A stretch of 51,638 nucleotides of DNA from an uncultured Candidatus Saccharibacteria bacterium (GTDB lineage: Bacteria; Patescibacteriota; Minisyncoccia; Phycocordibacterales; UBA6899). A program made the translations under genes and the position numbers. Positions 18,185 to 27,110 of the stretch are shown one piece after another. The DNA lies in contig CAZUMX010000003.1 in NCBI GenBank assembly GCA_964622275.1, positions 1 through 51,638 on the forward strand. Direction: 5' to 3'. A model generated the notes under the pieces. That model did no database searches, had not been told where the DNA came from, and saw only the letters and a list, made by a program, of their open reading frames with translations. The stretch's first letter is position 1. Each line of letters opens with the position of its first letter.

Positions 18185-18736
18185 ATGGCATACGATTTTT
18201 CAGTCTTTCAAAAACGAGGTAAAGAAATTGAAGAGTGGCTCAAGAAGGAGTTGTCACTGTTGCGCACCGGACGTGCATCACAGGCAATTCTTGATGCCAT
18301 CACCGTTAATGCGTACGGTTCGGCAATGCCAGTCTCTCATGTTGCAAACATTTCTATTGAAGACCCAAAAACACTACGCATCGTGCCTTTTGATAAGAGC
18401 CAGATGAAAGCAATTGAAGAAGCGATTCGCTTAGCCAATACTGGACTTTCGGTGACTGCAGATGATGCCGGGATCAGACTCATTTCTCCAGATCTTACGA
18501 GTGAGCGTCGTGCGCAAGTCGTGAAACTCCTCAAAGAAAAACTTGAAGAGGCACGTATCACACTGAGAAAGGAGAGAGAGGCAGTTCTCGATATCCTCAA
18601 AAAAGAAAAACAAGATGGCGTCATCTCTGAAGATGGATTTTTTAAAGGACGAGAGACACTCCAAAAGCACGTTGATGATCTGAATGCGACACTTGAAACG
18701 CTCGCAGACAAGAAGCAAAAAGACATCGAAGGGTAA
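18185..18736 (+). CDS. frr: Ribosome recycling factor
   Basis: Full-length family match (LSLLRTGRASQAILD..., PDLTSERRAQVVKLLKEKLEEARITLR). Confidence 0.95.
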   Translation: MAYDFSVFQKRGKEIEEWLKKELSLLRTGRASQAILDAITVNAYGSAMPVSHVANISIEDPKTLRIVPFDKSQMKAIEEAIRLANTGLSVTADDAGIRLISPDLTSERRAQVVKLLKEKLEEARITLRKEREAVLDILKKEKQDGVISEDGFFKGRETLQKHVDDLNATLETLADKKQKDIEG

Positions 18737-18745
18737 TCTATTCTC

Positions 18746-19855
18746 ATGTCGATCATTATTTTTATCGTCATTCTCCTTGTTCTTGTTCTCATCCATGAGC
18801 TTGGGCACTTTCTTGTAGCAAAACTCTTTCGTATTCGTGTGGATGAGTTCGCTTTTGGCTTTCCCCCCAAACTGTTTGGTATAAAAAGAGGGGAGACAAC
18901 GTATGCGTTCAACCTGCTTCCAATTGGTGGATATGTAAAAATCTTTGGAGAAAATCCGGCAGATGTTGACCCAAAGAGTCCTGATCGTAAGAGGAGCTTT
19001 ATTGCGAAATCTCGGTGGGTTCAAGCCCTTGTCGTTATTGCCGGAGTAGTGATGAACTGGCTTCTCGCTTGGGGGCTCCTCTGGACTTCGTTTGTTCTTG
19101 GGGTGACTGCATCCGCCTACGACCTTCCTCAGGATAAGACACTCGAAAATCCAAAGCTCTATATTACCGAAGTGCTCAAGGATTCACCTGCAGATCTCGC
19201 CGGGCTCAAGGCCGCAGATCGTATCCTCGACGTCTCTACTGAAAAAAAATCTATTCTTCCTGCGGACCTCGTGCGTGTTGGAGGTTTTCCTGGTTTTGTG
19301 TCTGCTCACGGGACATCTACGCTCACCCTCAGGGTCTTTCGAAACACCGAAGTAGAAACACTGACAGTCACTCCGCGATATGGCCTTAATCCTCAAGCAA
19401 CAAACACTCCTGCTATTGGAGTGGTGCTCGATATTGCAGGAACAGTACACTACGGCGTCCTTGAGGGAGGGAAGGAGTCATTTCTTCGCACGTGGGATTT
19501 TACAGTTCTTACGGCAAAAGGACTCTTGAGTTTTTTTGGGAATCTTTTTCGTGGCGCTGCTGACCTCACCCAGGTGACCGGTCCTGTAGGTCTTGTGAAA
19601 ATCGTCGATGACGCATCTGCTGTCGGACTTGTCCCGATCCTCTTCATTTCGGCGCTCATTTCCATCAATCTCGCAATAATCAATTTATTACCTTTTCCCG
19701 CTCTTGATGGTGGGCGACTCGTGTTCATTATTCTCGAGGGAATTCTTCGTCGTCCTATCTCTCCCGTACTACAGGGAAGGGTGAATACCATTGGTTTTGT
19801 GTTCCTTCTCCTACTGATGCTCGTCATTACGTATCACGATATTGTGAAACTGTAA
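18746..19855 (+). CDS. rseP: RIP site-2 metalloprotease
   Basis: HELGHF zinc motif at the N-terminus, a PDZ-like middle segment and the NLLPFPALDGG motif. Confidence 0.9.
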   Translation: MSIIIFIVILLVLVLIHELGHFLVAKLFRIRVDEFAFGFPPKLFGIKRGETTYAFNLLPIGGYVKIFGENPADVDPKSPDRKRSFIAKSRWVQALVVIAGVVMNWLLAWGLLWTSFVLGVTASAYDLPQDKTLENPKLYITEVLKDSPADLAGLKAADRILDVSTEKKSILPADLVRVGGFPGFVSAHGTSTLTLRVFRNTEVETLTVTPRYGLNPQATNTPAIGVVLDIAGTVHYGVLEGGKESFLRTWDFTVLTAKGLLSFFGNLFRGAADLTQVTGPVGLVKIVDDASAVGLVPILFISALISINLAIINLLPFPALDGGRLVFIILEGILRRPISPVLQGRVNTIGFVFLLLLMLVITYHDIVKL

Positions 19856-19860
19856 TAAAA

Positions 19861-19890
19861 AATCACCTCAGTTCAATGACTGAGGTGATT
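19861..19890. terminator. Hairpin between convergent rseP and hypothetical gene
   Basis: 11-bp stem AATCACCTCAG/CTGAGGTGATT. A T-run occurs only on the minus-strand side. The hairpin overlaps the last codons of gene 19868..20359. Confidence 0.5.
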
Positions 19891-20359
19891 GAGCAATAAT
19901 GTGCCGAAGAAATGTCGTTGTGGGGTATGTGCTGAGAGACGCGTCTGGCTGCCTCTTGATGATCGACATCATTTCTGAAAGAGCAATCACGCTGACAAAA
20001 AAGACAAACTCTGGTTCAACCTCCATGCGACCTGCAAGCATTTCGGTCCATTGGTATGTTGGGCAATCAAGGAAAACAATGCGCTCCACTTCTTCTGGGG
20101 GATTTTGGTCAAAGAGTTCTGTGAAGAATTCAGATACAGCATCGAGGATCTCTGCTTTGAGGAGATCATTCTGACTTTCCATCAGCGTTGCCATTGCACG
20201 AAGAGCAGCGTGAGAAAACTTTTCTTCGTCTTGATTATACGTGTCGAACACCTCATCGTACCTTTGGGCCATTTCAGGACTCAGCCACAACTTTAGTACA
20301 GCATACGCTTCCACGAGATGACTCCAAAAAGTGCTTCTTTCCACATCATGGCACGTCAT
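19868..20359 (-). CDS. Hypothetical acidic protein (163 aa)
   Basis: Long ORF divergent from proS. No motif recognised and the start is uncertain. Confidence 0.5.
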   Translation of the reverse strand: MTCHDVERSTFWSHLVEAYAVLKLWLSPEMAQRYDEVFDTYNQDEEKFSHAALRAMATLMESQNDLLKAEILDAVSEFFTELFDQNPPEEVERIVFLDCPTYQWTEMLAGRMEVEPEFVFFVSVIALSEMMSIIKRQPDASLSTYPTTTFLRHIIAQSPQSLN

Positions 20360-20407
20360 GTGTTCTTGTCAATGAAGCCCCTGGCGACGCTGGAGAACTT
20401 TGATACA

Positions 20408-21670
20408 ATGACCCCCATGAGACAATCACAGCTTTTTACGAAGACGCGCAAGGAAGCTCCAAAGGACGAGGTGTCAAAGAATGCACAACTCCTTATTCGG
20501 GGAGGTTTTGTCTACAAAGAAATGGCAGGGGCCTATGCTTTTCTTCCACTCGGATTACGGGTCTTCAACAAGATCGTCGGTATTATTCGCGAAGAAATGA
20601 ATGCGATCGGCGGGCAGGAAATCGTCATGACAGCACTCCAAAACCCAGAAGTGTGGTCAAAGACAAATCGGTGGAGCAATGACGTTGTCGATAACTGGTT
20701 TAAGACAAAGCTCGAGAGTGGGGCAGATCTTGGACTCGCATTCACTCACGAAGAACCTATTACGAACATGCTTCGCGATTTCATTCAGTCTTTCCGAGAT
20801 TTGCCGTTTTCTGTGTATCAGTTTCAGACCAAGTTTCGTAATGAAAAACGAGCCAAGAGTGGTGTGATGCGAGGTCGAGAGTTTGTGATGAAGGATCTCT
20901 ATTCTTTCTCGCGAACGGATGCTGAGCACCAAGATTTTTATGAACAAGCAAAGCAGGCATATATACGAGTATTTGACCGTGTGGGGCTAGGTGCAACCAC
21001 ATATGTCACGTTTGCCTCCGGTGGGACGTTTTCAAAATATTCTCACGAGTTTCAGACACTCACTGATGCTGGCGAAGATACTATTTATGTCCATGAAGGA
21101 AAGAAGATCGCAATCAACGAAGAAGTACTCACTAATGATGTTCTTGCTGATCTTGGGGTATCGCGAAGTGACCTCGTCCCCAAAAAAGCAGTAGAAGTGG
21201 GAAATATTTTTTCACTTGGAACAAAATTCTCAGATGCGTTTGATCTCGTATACCTTGATCAAGAAGGGAAAAAGCAGACAGTGATCATGGGCTCGTATGG
21301 TATTGGCCCCGGACGACTTCTTGGAACTATCGTCGAGACGCTTTCTGACGAAAAGGGGATTGTGTGGCCAGAGTCAGTGGCGCCATTTTGTGTGCATCTC
21401 CTTTCTCTCCAGCCAGATGATGCTCAGGTGGCCAAAGAAGCAGACGCACTCTATACGGAGCTCGCAGCAAAAGGGATTGAAGTTCTCTATGATGATCGTT
21501 CTTTGAGTCCTGGCGCAAAGTTTGCCGACGCCGACCTTATTGGGATTCCGCACCGCATTGTGATATCTCAGAAAACTCTTGCGCAAGGGAAGTGTGAATA
21601 CAAAAAACGGACAGATACCGCTTCTCAGCTGTTGAATCAAGAAGATATTATCTTAATACTTTCAAAATAA
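20408..21670 (+). CDS. proS: Prolyl-tRNA synthetase, short form without INS editing domain
   Basis: MRQSQLFTKTRKEAP... N-terminus. Class II motif 2 (FRNEKRAKSGVMRGREFVMKD) is followed directly by the C-terminal half. Start is ATG 20408 (GGAGA upstream) or 20417. Confidence 0.9.
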   Translation: MTPMRQSQLFTKTRKEAPKDEVSKNAQLLIRGGFVYKEMAGAYAFLPLGLRVFNKIVGIIREEMNAIGGQEIVMTALQNPEVWSKTNRWSNDVVDNWFKTKLESGADLGLAFTHEEPITNMLRDFIQSFRDLPFSVYQFQTKFRNEKRAKSGVMRGREFVMKDLYSFSRTDAEHQDFYEQAKQAYIRVFDRVGLGATTYVTFASGGTFSKYSHEFQTLTDAGEDTIYVHEGKKIAINEEVLTNDVLADLGVSRSDLVPKKAVEVGNIFSLGTKFSDAFDLVYLDQEGKKQTVIMGSYGIGPGRLLGTIVETLSDEKGIVWPESVAPFCVHLLSLQPDDAQVAKEADALYTELAAKGIEVLYDDRSLSPGAKFADADLIGIPHRIVISQKTLAQGKCEYKKRTDTASQLLNQEDIILILSK

Positions 21671-21698
21671 AAGCCATAGTTCGTCAATTTTTTTCTCT

Positions 21699-21727
21699 TT
21701 GACCCTAAGCCCGCTCTCCTATAGAAT
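21699..21727 (+). promoter_or_regulatory. Sigma70-like promoter upstream of mreB2-mreC-mreD-PBP2
   Basis: TTGACC (21699-21704), a 17-nt spacer, then TAGAAT (21722-21727). Confidence 0.5.
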
Positions 21728-21743
21728 GGCTAGAATCTCGCCT

Positions 21744-22793
21744 ATGTTTGAGAAATGGAGAGCCATGTTTTCGGCCGATATCGGCATTGATTTGGGAACG
21801 GCAAATACCCTGGTGTATTTGCGCGATCACGGCATCATTATCAACGAGCCCTCGGTCGTTGCCCTTAATCAAAAAACTAATCGCGTCGTCGCTGTGGGAA
21901 ACGATGCCAAACAAATGCTTGGAAGAACGCCTGCGCACATCGTCGCCATTCGCCCACTCGTTGATGGAGTCATTTCAGATTTCGAAGTGACTGAGGAAAT
22001 GCTTGCACACTTTGTCGGGAAAGCTCAAACGATTTCAAAAAAAAGTGGACGTCCACGTGTTGTTGTCGGTGTCCCAAGTGGAATCACCAACGTTGAGGCA
22101 CGGGCAGTGCGTGATGCAACAATGAATGCTGGGGCGCGTGAGGTTTATATTGTTGAAGAGCCAATGGCTGCCGCGATAGGAATTCGTCTTCCAGTGAAAG
22201 AACCTGTCGGAAGTATGATTATCGATATCGGAGGCGGGACCAGTGATATTGCTGTTATCTCGCTTGGTGGTGTGGTGAATTCAAAAAATCTCAAAGTTGC
22301 CGGTGATCGTTTTAATACCGATATCATTTCGTATATTCGCGACGAGTTTAAAATTTTGATAGGCGAACGCACAGCGGAAGAAGTAAAGATTAAAATTGGC
22401 TCAGCCCAGAAACTTGGTGAGCCTAAGGAGGCATCTATTCGTGGCCGAGATCTTGTCTCTGGCCTTCCGCGTGAGGTTGTTCTTACGGATGCGGATATTC
22501 GCGAGGCGATTGGCCCCTCTGTCGCACTGCTTGTCGATGGAGCAAAAGAAGTTCTTGAAACAACCCCTCCTGAGATTCTCTCTGATGTCATGCACCGCGG
22601 ACTAGTGCTCACCGGGGGAGGAGCATTAATTCCAGGATTGACTGATCTTCTCGCACGCACCCTTAAGCTTCCTGTCGTTGTTTCTGACGATCCTCTCACT
22701 GCTGTTGTTCGTGGGACTGGCCTTATTATTGAGAATCTCGACGATTTCCGAGAAGTGCTTCTTGAATACGATGATGCGATTGCCCCTCGGTAA
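21744..22793 (+). CDS. mreB: MreB actin-like protein, paralogue 2 (with N-terminal amphipathic extension)
   Basis: [26 protein letters not shown] parallels E. coli [26 protein letters not shown]. An alternative start is ATG 21765, which has a GGAG upstream. Confidence 0.95.
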   Translation: [349 protein letters not shown]

Positions 22794-23580
22794 CTCGCGA
22801 GGACAAAGAGAGAATGCTCTTTTCCTTCCCATCCTCTTTGCCGTCCTTGCTCTTCTTCTCATCACCCCGCTCCGTGTTCCATTGCGGGCATTTTCTCTAT
22901 CCATTGCCACTCCGGTATGGTCGTTAGGGAAAACAATAAAGCATGGAACGCAAGTGTTGCTTCCTAGTGTATTTTCACGTGCTTCTCTTGTAGAGGAAAA
23001 CGTGCGTTTGCGTCATGAAATAGAGTCACTACGAGCAGAAGAATGGAGAACGGAGGCTCTTAGACGAGAGAGAGATCTCTTGGCCAGTGTGCTCCACCGT
23101 GCATCGAGTACTGACGCACTCCTCCTTGCTTATGTGCTTGCGTCACCAAATTTCTCTCCATACGACACGCTTGTCGTTGACACAGGAGCAGACACAGGGA
23201 TCTTTCCTGGCGCAAAAGTCATTGTTGACGGGGGATTTGTTGTCGGAACAATTACTGAAGTGTTGCCATCATCAGCGATTGCCCAACTGTATTCGTCTCC
23301 AGGAGTAACAAAGCATGTTATTGTCGGATCTTCACGCATACCCGCGGTTGCCCATGGGGTTGGTGGGGGAAACTATCGCATAGAACTTCCCAAAAATACT
23401 GATATCGCTGAGGGAGACGAGGTCCGTGTTCAGGGATCTGTCGAAGAATTCTTAGGGGTAGTTGAACGTATGATCGTCGATGAGAAGACAGGGATCACGA
23501 CACTCTATTTGCGCCTCCCGATAAATATGACCGAGCTTGATTCTGTCATTATTGATCTTACGCCTGTATCATATGAATAA
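22771..23580 (+). CDS. mreC: Rod shape-determining protein MreC
   Basis: N-terminal TM, a coiled coil (ENVRLRHEIESLRAEE...) and beta-barrel region motifs (VVGTITEV..., GDEVRVQGS). Lies immediately after mreB, overlapping it by about 20 nt. Confidence 0.8.
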   Translation: MMRLPLGNSRGQRENALFLPILFAVLALLLITPLRVPLRAFSLSIATPVWSLGKTIKHGTQVLLPSVFSRASLVEENVRLRHEIESLRAEEWRTEALRRERDLLASVLHRASSTDALLLAYVLASPNFSPYDTLVVDTGADTGIFPGAKVIVDGGFVVGTITEVLPSSAIAQLYSSPGVTKHVIVGSSRIPAVAHGVGGGNYRIELPKNTDIAEGDEVRVQGSVEEFLGVVERMIVDEKTGITTLYLRLPINMTELDSVIIDLTPVSYE

Positions 23581-23830
23581 TCTTCGTTTGTGGATTAATG
23601 GGCTGCTCCTCTTTTTCCTTTTTCTTGGGGTTGCGCCGCTTCTTCTCTTCTTTGGATTCGTGTATGCGTTACGAACACCTGGGTACTGGGAATTCCTCGT
23701 CGCTGGGTTTGTATTCGAGCTTCTGTATGGTGTAGGAGGATGGCAGCTTCCATTCCCATTTCCCGTCTTTTTTGGGGCAGCACTGCTCCTCTTCCTCGCA
23801 TCCGTCCTTCGTCGCATCTTGCGTTCGTAG
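23573..23830 (+). CDS. mreD: Small polytopic membrane protein in the mreD position
   Basis: 85 aa with 3 hydrophobic helices. The ATG overlaps the mreC stop. The call is positional only. Confidence 0.45.
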   Translation: MNNLRLWINGLLLFFLFLGVAPLLLFFGFVYALRTPGYWEFLVAGFVFELLYGVGGWQLPFPFPVFFGAALLLFLASVLRRILRS

Positions 23831-23865
23831 AGGATTGCGTGATTGTGGTAGCATACGAGTGAAGT

Positions 23866-25641
23866 ATGGCAAAACGGCGAAAAGACCAAAGTGAAGACGT
23901 TGCTCTCGATGAGATTTTCTTGGATTCAAGTAATCTTCCCGAGTTTGACACTGCTCAGTTTGAAGGACGGATAGAGCGTCCCATTGAGCAGCGAACGATT
24001 CTTTTTTTTGGAGGACTCTTTCTTCTCCTTGGATGTGTCCTTGTTTCTAAGGTAACATTTCTTCAGGTTGTTCAGGGCGCATCATGGAGTGATCAGGCAG
24101 AATCAAACCGCTTGAAGCACGCCATTTTATTTCCAGCCCGTGGGCTTATCGTTGATCGTGAGGGAGAAGAACTTGCTTGGAATACCCCAACAGAGGGGAG
24201 TGACTTTCTTGGGAGAGCGTATACGTCTCGTGGGGGCTTTAGCCATCTTCTTGGTTTTCTCCATTATCCCAAAACCGACAATAAAGGTGTGTATTTTCGA
24301 ACAGAATATGAGGCCCCTGCGGGGATAGAGGCGGCATTTCATGATCGATTATCTGGTTCACGAGGGATCCAAATTATCGAAACAGATGCTCTTGGAAAAG
24401 TCACGAGTGAAAATGTTATGGAGCGTCCTGAGAACGGAGAAACGATTGCTCTCGGTATTGACGCACGTGTGCAAGAGAAGCTCTTCGATACCATTAAGAG
24501 TGTTTCGCAAGACCGTGGATTTACTGGAGGAGCGGGAGGAATTGTTGATATTACAACAGGAGAGCTCATTGCGCTCACAAGTTATCCCGAATTTGATTCA
24601 AATATCATGACGGCTGGGACCAATACCGCTCAAATCGCTAAATACAACACAGATGAAGCGAAGCCCTTCCTCCACCGCGCTGTTGCAGGGCTGTATGCTC
24701 CAGGATCGATCGTAAAGCCCATTGTCGCCCTAGGAGGGCTCACAGAGGGGATTATTACGCCCTGGACGGAGATTTACTCCTCAGGATCGATTCGAGTCCC
24801 AAACCCGTTTCTCCCGGGAGCTTACACTCAGTTTAATGACTGGAGGAAAGCCCATGGGTCACTTGATATGCGTCGGGCAATTGCCTGGAGTTCAAACGTC
24901 TATTTCTATGAGCTTGGTGGGGGATTCCAGGGGCAAAAAGGACTTGGTATCTATCGTTTAAAAAAGTATGCCAATATGTTTGGTTTTGGAACAACAACAG
25001 GCATTGAGTTGCGTGGCGAAGGCGTAGGAAACTATCCTGACCCAGAATGGAAAGACAGAGTATTCCCAGGAGACCCGTGGCGCATCGGAGACACATACTT
25101 TACTGCAATCGGTCAGTACGGAGTACAGATTACTCCACTCCAAGCGATCAAAGAGGCAGGACTCATTGCAGGAAGAGGAAAACTCCCTCAAATACATCTC
25201 GAACACGATGTTCCATCTTGGCAACTCGAAACAACACGTCTTGATATTCCAGATGCAAACTTCACACCGATTCATGAAGGAATGCGCAAAGGGGTGCTCG
25301 AGGGGACGGCCAACGGGCTTAATAATCCATATGTGTCTATTGCCGCAAAGACAGGGACAGCAGAGCTTGGAGTAACAAAAAATCGCGTCAATTCTTGGGT
25401 CATAGGGTTCTTTCCGTATGAAAAACCTCGATACGCATTTGCGCTTGTGATGGAGCGTGGAATTAAAGGGAACACCTTTGGTGCGACGTATGTGATGCGC
25501 CAACTCATTGATTGGATGGGGGAGGAGACCCCGGAGTATTTTGGAAAGAAAAAGCTCGTGGCCGCTCCTGTTGCGACATCTACCGAAGCCACAACAACGC
25601 CAATTGATATTGATGAATCGCCACTTCCTGTTGAGGAATAA
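23866..25641 (+). CDS. mrdA: Penicillin-binding protein 2 (class B transpeptidase)
   Basis: N-terminal TM anchor. SxxK (GSIVKP), SxN (WSSNVYF) and KTG (AAKTGTAE) motifs. Lies after mreBCD. Confidence 0.9.
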   Translation: MAKRRKDQSEDVALDEIFLDSSNLPEFDTAQFEGRIERPIEQRTILFFGGLFLLLGCVLVSKVTFLQVVQGASWSDQAESNRLKHAILFPARGLIVDREGEELAWNTPTEGSDFLGRAYTSRGGFSHLLGFLHYPKTDNKGVYFRTEYEAPAGIEAAFHDRLSGSRGIQIIETDALGKVTSENVMERPENGETIALGIDARVQEKLFDTIKSVSQDRGFTGGAGGIVDITTGELIALTSYPEFDSNIMTAGTNTAQIAKYNTDEAKPFLHRAVAGLYAPGSIVKPIVALGGLTEGIITPWTEIYSSGSIRVPNPFLPGAYTQFNDWRKAHGSLDMRRAIAWSSNVYFYELGGGFQGQKGLGIYRLKKYANMFGFGTTTGIELRGEGVGNYPDPEWKDRVFPGDPWRIGDTYFTAIGQYGVQITPLQAIKEAGLIAGRGKLPQIHLEHDVPSWQLETTRLDIPDANFTPIHEGMRKGVLEGTANGLNNPYVSIAAKTGTAELGVTKNRVNSWVIGFFPYEKPRYAFALVMERGIKGNTFGATYVMRQLIDWMGEETPEYFGKKKLVAAPVATSTEATTTPIDIDESPLPVEE

Positions 25642-25709
25642 ATTCGCTTTACAGAAATGATTCCTAACCGTAGTATCACTACTCGGGTCATCATCTAAGG
25701 AAGTACTCA

Positions 25710-25883
25710 GTGACTGAGCTCTTACAAAAACTTGGAGTAATACTTGGTTTTGTGATTGGTCCGATGTACATGAATGGATTATTTACGGGCGGACACTCGC
25801 TCGGAGAACGTGTTGTTCTCATGGTTTACGGGGTCCTCGCCGCCCTCCTGATCTTTTCAAGCTTTATTCTCGAAGAGGAATAA
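25710..25883 (+). CDS. Unlisted 57-aa two-helix membrane protein
   Basis: GTG at 25710 is preceded by AAGGAAG (25698-25704). Translation: (M)TELLQKLGVILGFVIGPMYMNGLFTGGHSLGERVVLMVYGVLAALLIFSSFILEEE. TAA at 25881-25883, with a terminator directly after. It falls below the 60-aa ORF-track cutoff. Confidence 0.5.
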   Translation: MTELLQKLGVILGFVIGPMYMNGLFTGGHSLGERVVLMVYGVLAALLIFSSFILEEE

Positions 25884-25898
25884 ACTTTCTTCATTAAA

Positions 25899-25928
25899 CC
25901 CTCTGTCATGCGGCAGAGGGTGTTTTTT
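25899..25928 (+). terminator. Rho-independent terminator
   Basis: Stem CCCTCTG/CAGAGGG with loop tcatgcgg, followed by TGTTTTTT. Confidence 0.8.
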
Positions 25929-25968
25929 ATGTCTCATACCAGTGGGGCATAGGGGTGTCCGTAGCCTA

Positions 25969-25997
25969 TTGACAGAATTTTATTACTATGATAGTAT
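25969..25997 (+). promoter_or_regulatory. Strong sigma70-like promoter with extended -10
   Basis: TTGACA (25969-25974), a 17-nt spacer ending in TGa, then TAGTAT (25992-25997). Confidence 0.55.
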
Positions 25998-26032
25998 TAA
26001 CAACAGAAAAGCACACTCACCAAAGGAGTTAC

Positions 26033-26143
26033 ATGTGCGGTCTCGTAGGCTTCACACGCCACCAAAGTTGTGACACCGAGGTTACTCTCGAGTCGCAATA
26101 TTTGGGAGAGGCCAAACAAAACCATACCCCCCTTACTTTTTAA
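26033..26143 (+). CDS. 36-codon ORF (MCGLVGFTRHQSCDTEVTLESQYLGEAKQNHTPLTF); may be a small protein, a gene remnant or an sRNA
   Basis: AAAGGAG (26022-26028) lies 4 nt before ATG 26033. TAA at 26141. The promoter is upstream and a terminator overlaps the stop. Confidence 0.35.
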   Translation: MCGLVGFTRHQSCDTEVTLESQYLGEAKQNHTPLTF

Positions 26144-26164
26144 AAGTAGGGGGGTTTTTGTTTT
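26127..26164. terminator. Bidirectional terminator (mini-unit / trxB)
   Basis: Stem CCCCCCTTACT/AGTAGGGGGG (10 bp, one bulge) followed by TTTTTGTTTT. Lies between convergent units. Confidence 0.75.
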
Positions 26165-26189
26165 ACGTTCAGAGCAGTGCAGAGGTCTC

Positions 26190-27110
26190 TTATCGTGTGT
26201 GAAGATACTGGTAGATATCTTCGAGCGCTTTGACCGCATCGCCTGAAGCGATGTTGTTCTGGTGATAGATTCCATCAGTACAGTCACCAGCAGCCCAGAT
26301 TCCTGGAGTGTTCGTCTGCTGATTCTTTGGGTTCACAACAATCTGTTTGTATGGGTTCAGTTCAACGAGTCCTTCTACGTAGTCTGTTGCTGGCACAAGA
26401 CCAATCTCTACAAAGATTCCGCCTACATCCAGAACTTTTTCTTCATTAGTCTTTGCGTCTTTGTAATAAAGCTTTTTGACGAATTGGTCACCTTCAACTT
26501 TTGTCGGGATCGCATTCAAGACAATCTGTACCTTCGGATTCTCTCCAACGCGTTTGACCGTGACTTCATCCGCACGGAATGTTTCTGTACGGTTGAGGAG
26601 ATACACCTTGTTTGTGTATGCGGCGAGCTGTGCTGTTGTCTCAAATCCCGCATTACCGCCACCGATCACTGCGACATCGCGTCCTGCAAAAAGTGGTCCA
26701 TCACATGATGCACAATAGGTAATCCCTTTGTGCTCGTACTCATCTGCGCCTGGAATATCAAGCTTTCGGCGCTTGCTTCCAGTAGTCACCAAAACAGTTT
26801 TGGATTGAAATGTTCCACCATCAGTCTCGATTGAAAATCCACCATCAATTTTTGTTATTTTCGTGACGGTCGTGCCTTTATGTACATCTACAATATCTGC
26901 CTTGTATGTCTCAAGGTGATTCTCGAGTGATTTTGCGAGTTCTGTGCCTGAAATATGAGGGAACCCAATCCAGTTTTGGATGTCTTCAGAAACTGATGAC
27001 TGACCTCCAAAGTCGAGTGTGAGAAATAGTGTTTTGAGTCTTTTTCGAGCTGCGTATACTCCGGCTGAAACACCTGCTGGGCCTCCACCGATAATTGTTA
27101 GATCGTACAT
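26190..27110 (-). CDS. trxB: Thioredoxin-disulfide reductase family flavoprotein
   Basis: IIGGGPAG FAD motif, redox-active CASC and a second GGGNAG dinucleotide motif, in 306 aa. Confidence 0.85.
   Translation of the reverse strand: MYDLTIIGGGPAGVSAGVYAARKRLKTLFLTLDFGGQSSVSEDIQNWIGFPHISGTELAKSLENHLETYKADIVDVHKGTTVTKITKIDGGFSIETDGGTFQSKTVLVTTGSKRRKLDIPGADEYEHKGITYCASCDGPLFAGRDVAVIGGGNAGFETTAQLAAYTNKVYLLNRTETFRADEVTVKRVGENPKVQIVLNAIPTKVEGDQFVKKLYYKDAKTNEEKVLDVGGIFVEIGLVPATDYVEGLVELNPYKQIVVNPKNQQTNTPGIWAAGDCTDGIYHQNNIASGDAVKALEDIYQYLHTR

Noticed and set aside
18337-19024. Antisense ORFs of 191 and 197 aa opposite frr and rseP.
   Set aside because: frr and rseP have unambiguous family motifs on the plus strand. 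The antisense translations are low-complexity (Ser/Arg/Phe-rich).
22145-22699. A 184-aa ORF antisense to mreB2.
   Set aside because: It is the shadow of a strongly conserved gene. The translation is Ser/Pro/Arg/Thr-rich and has no start context.
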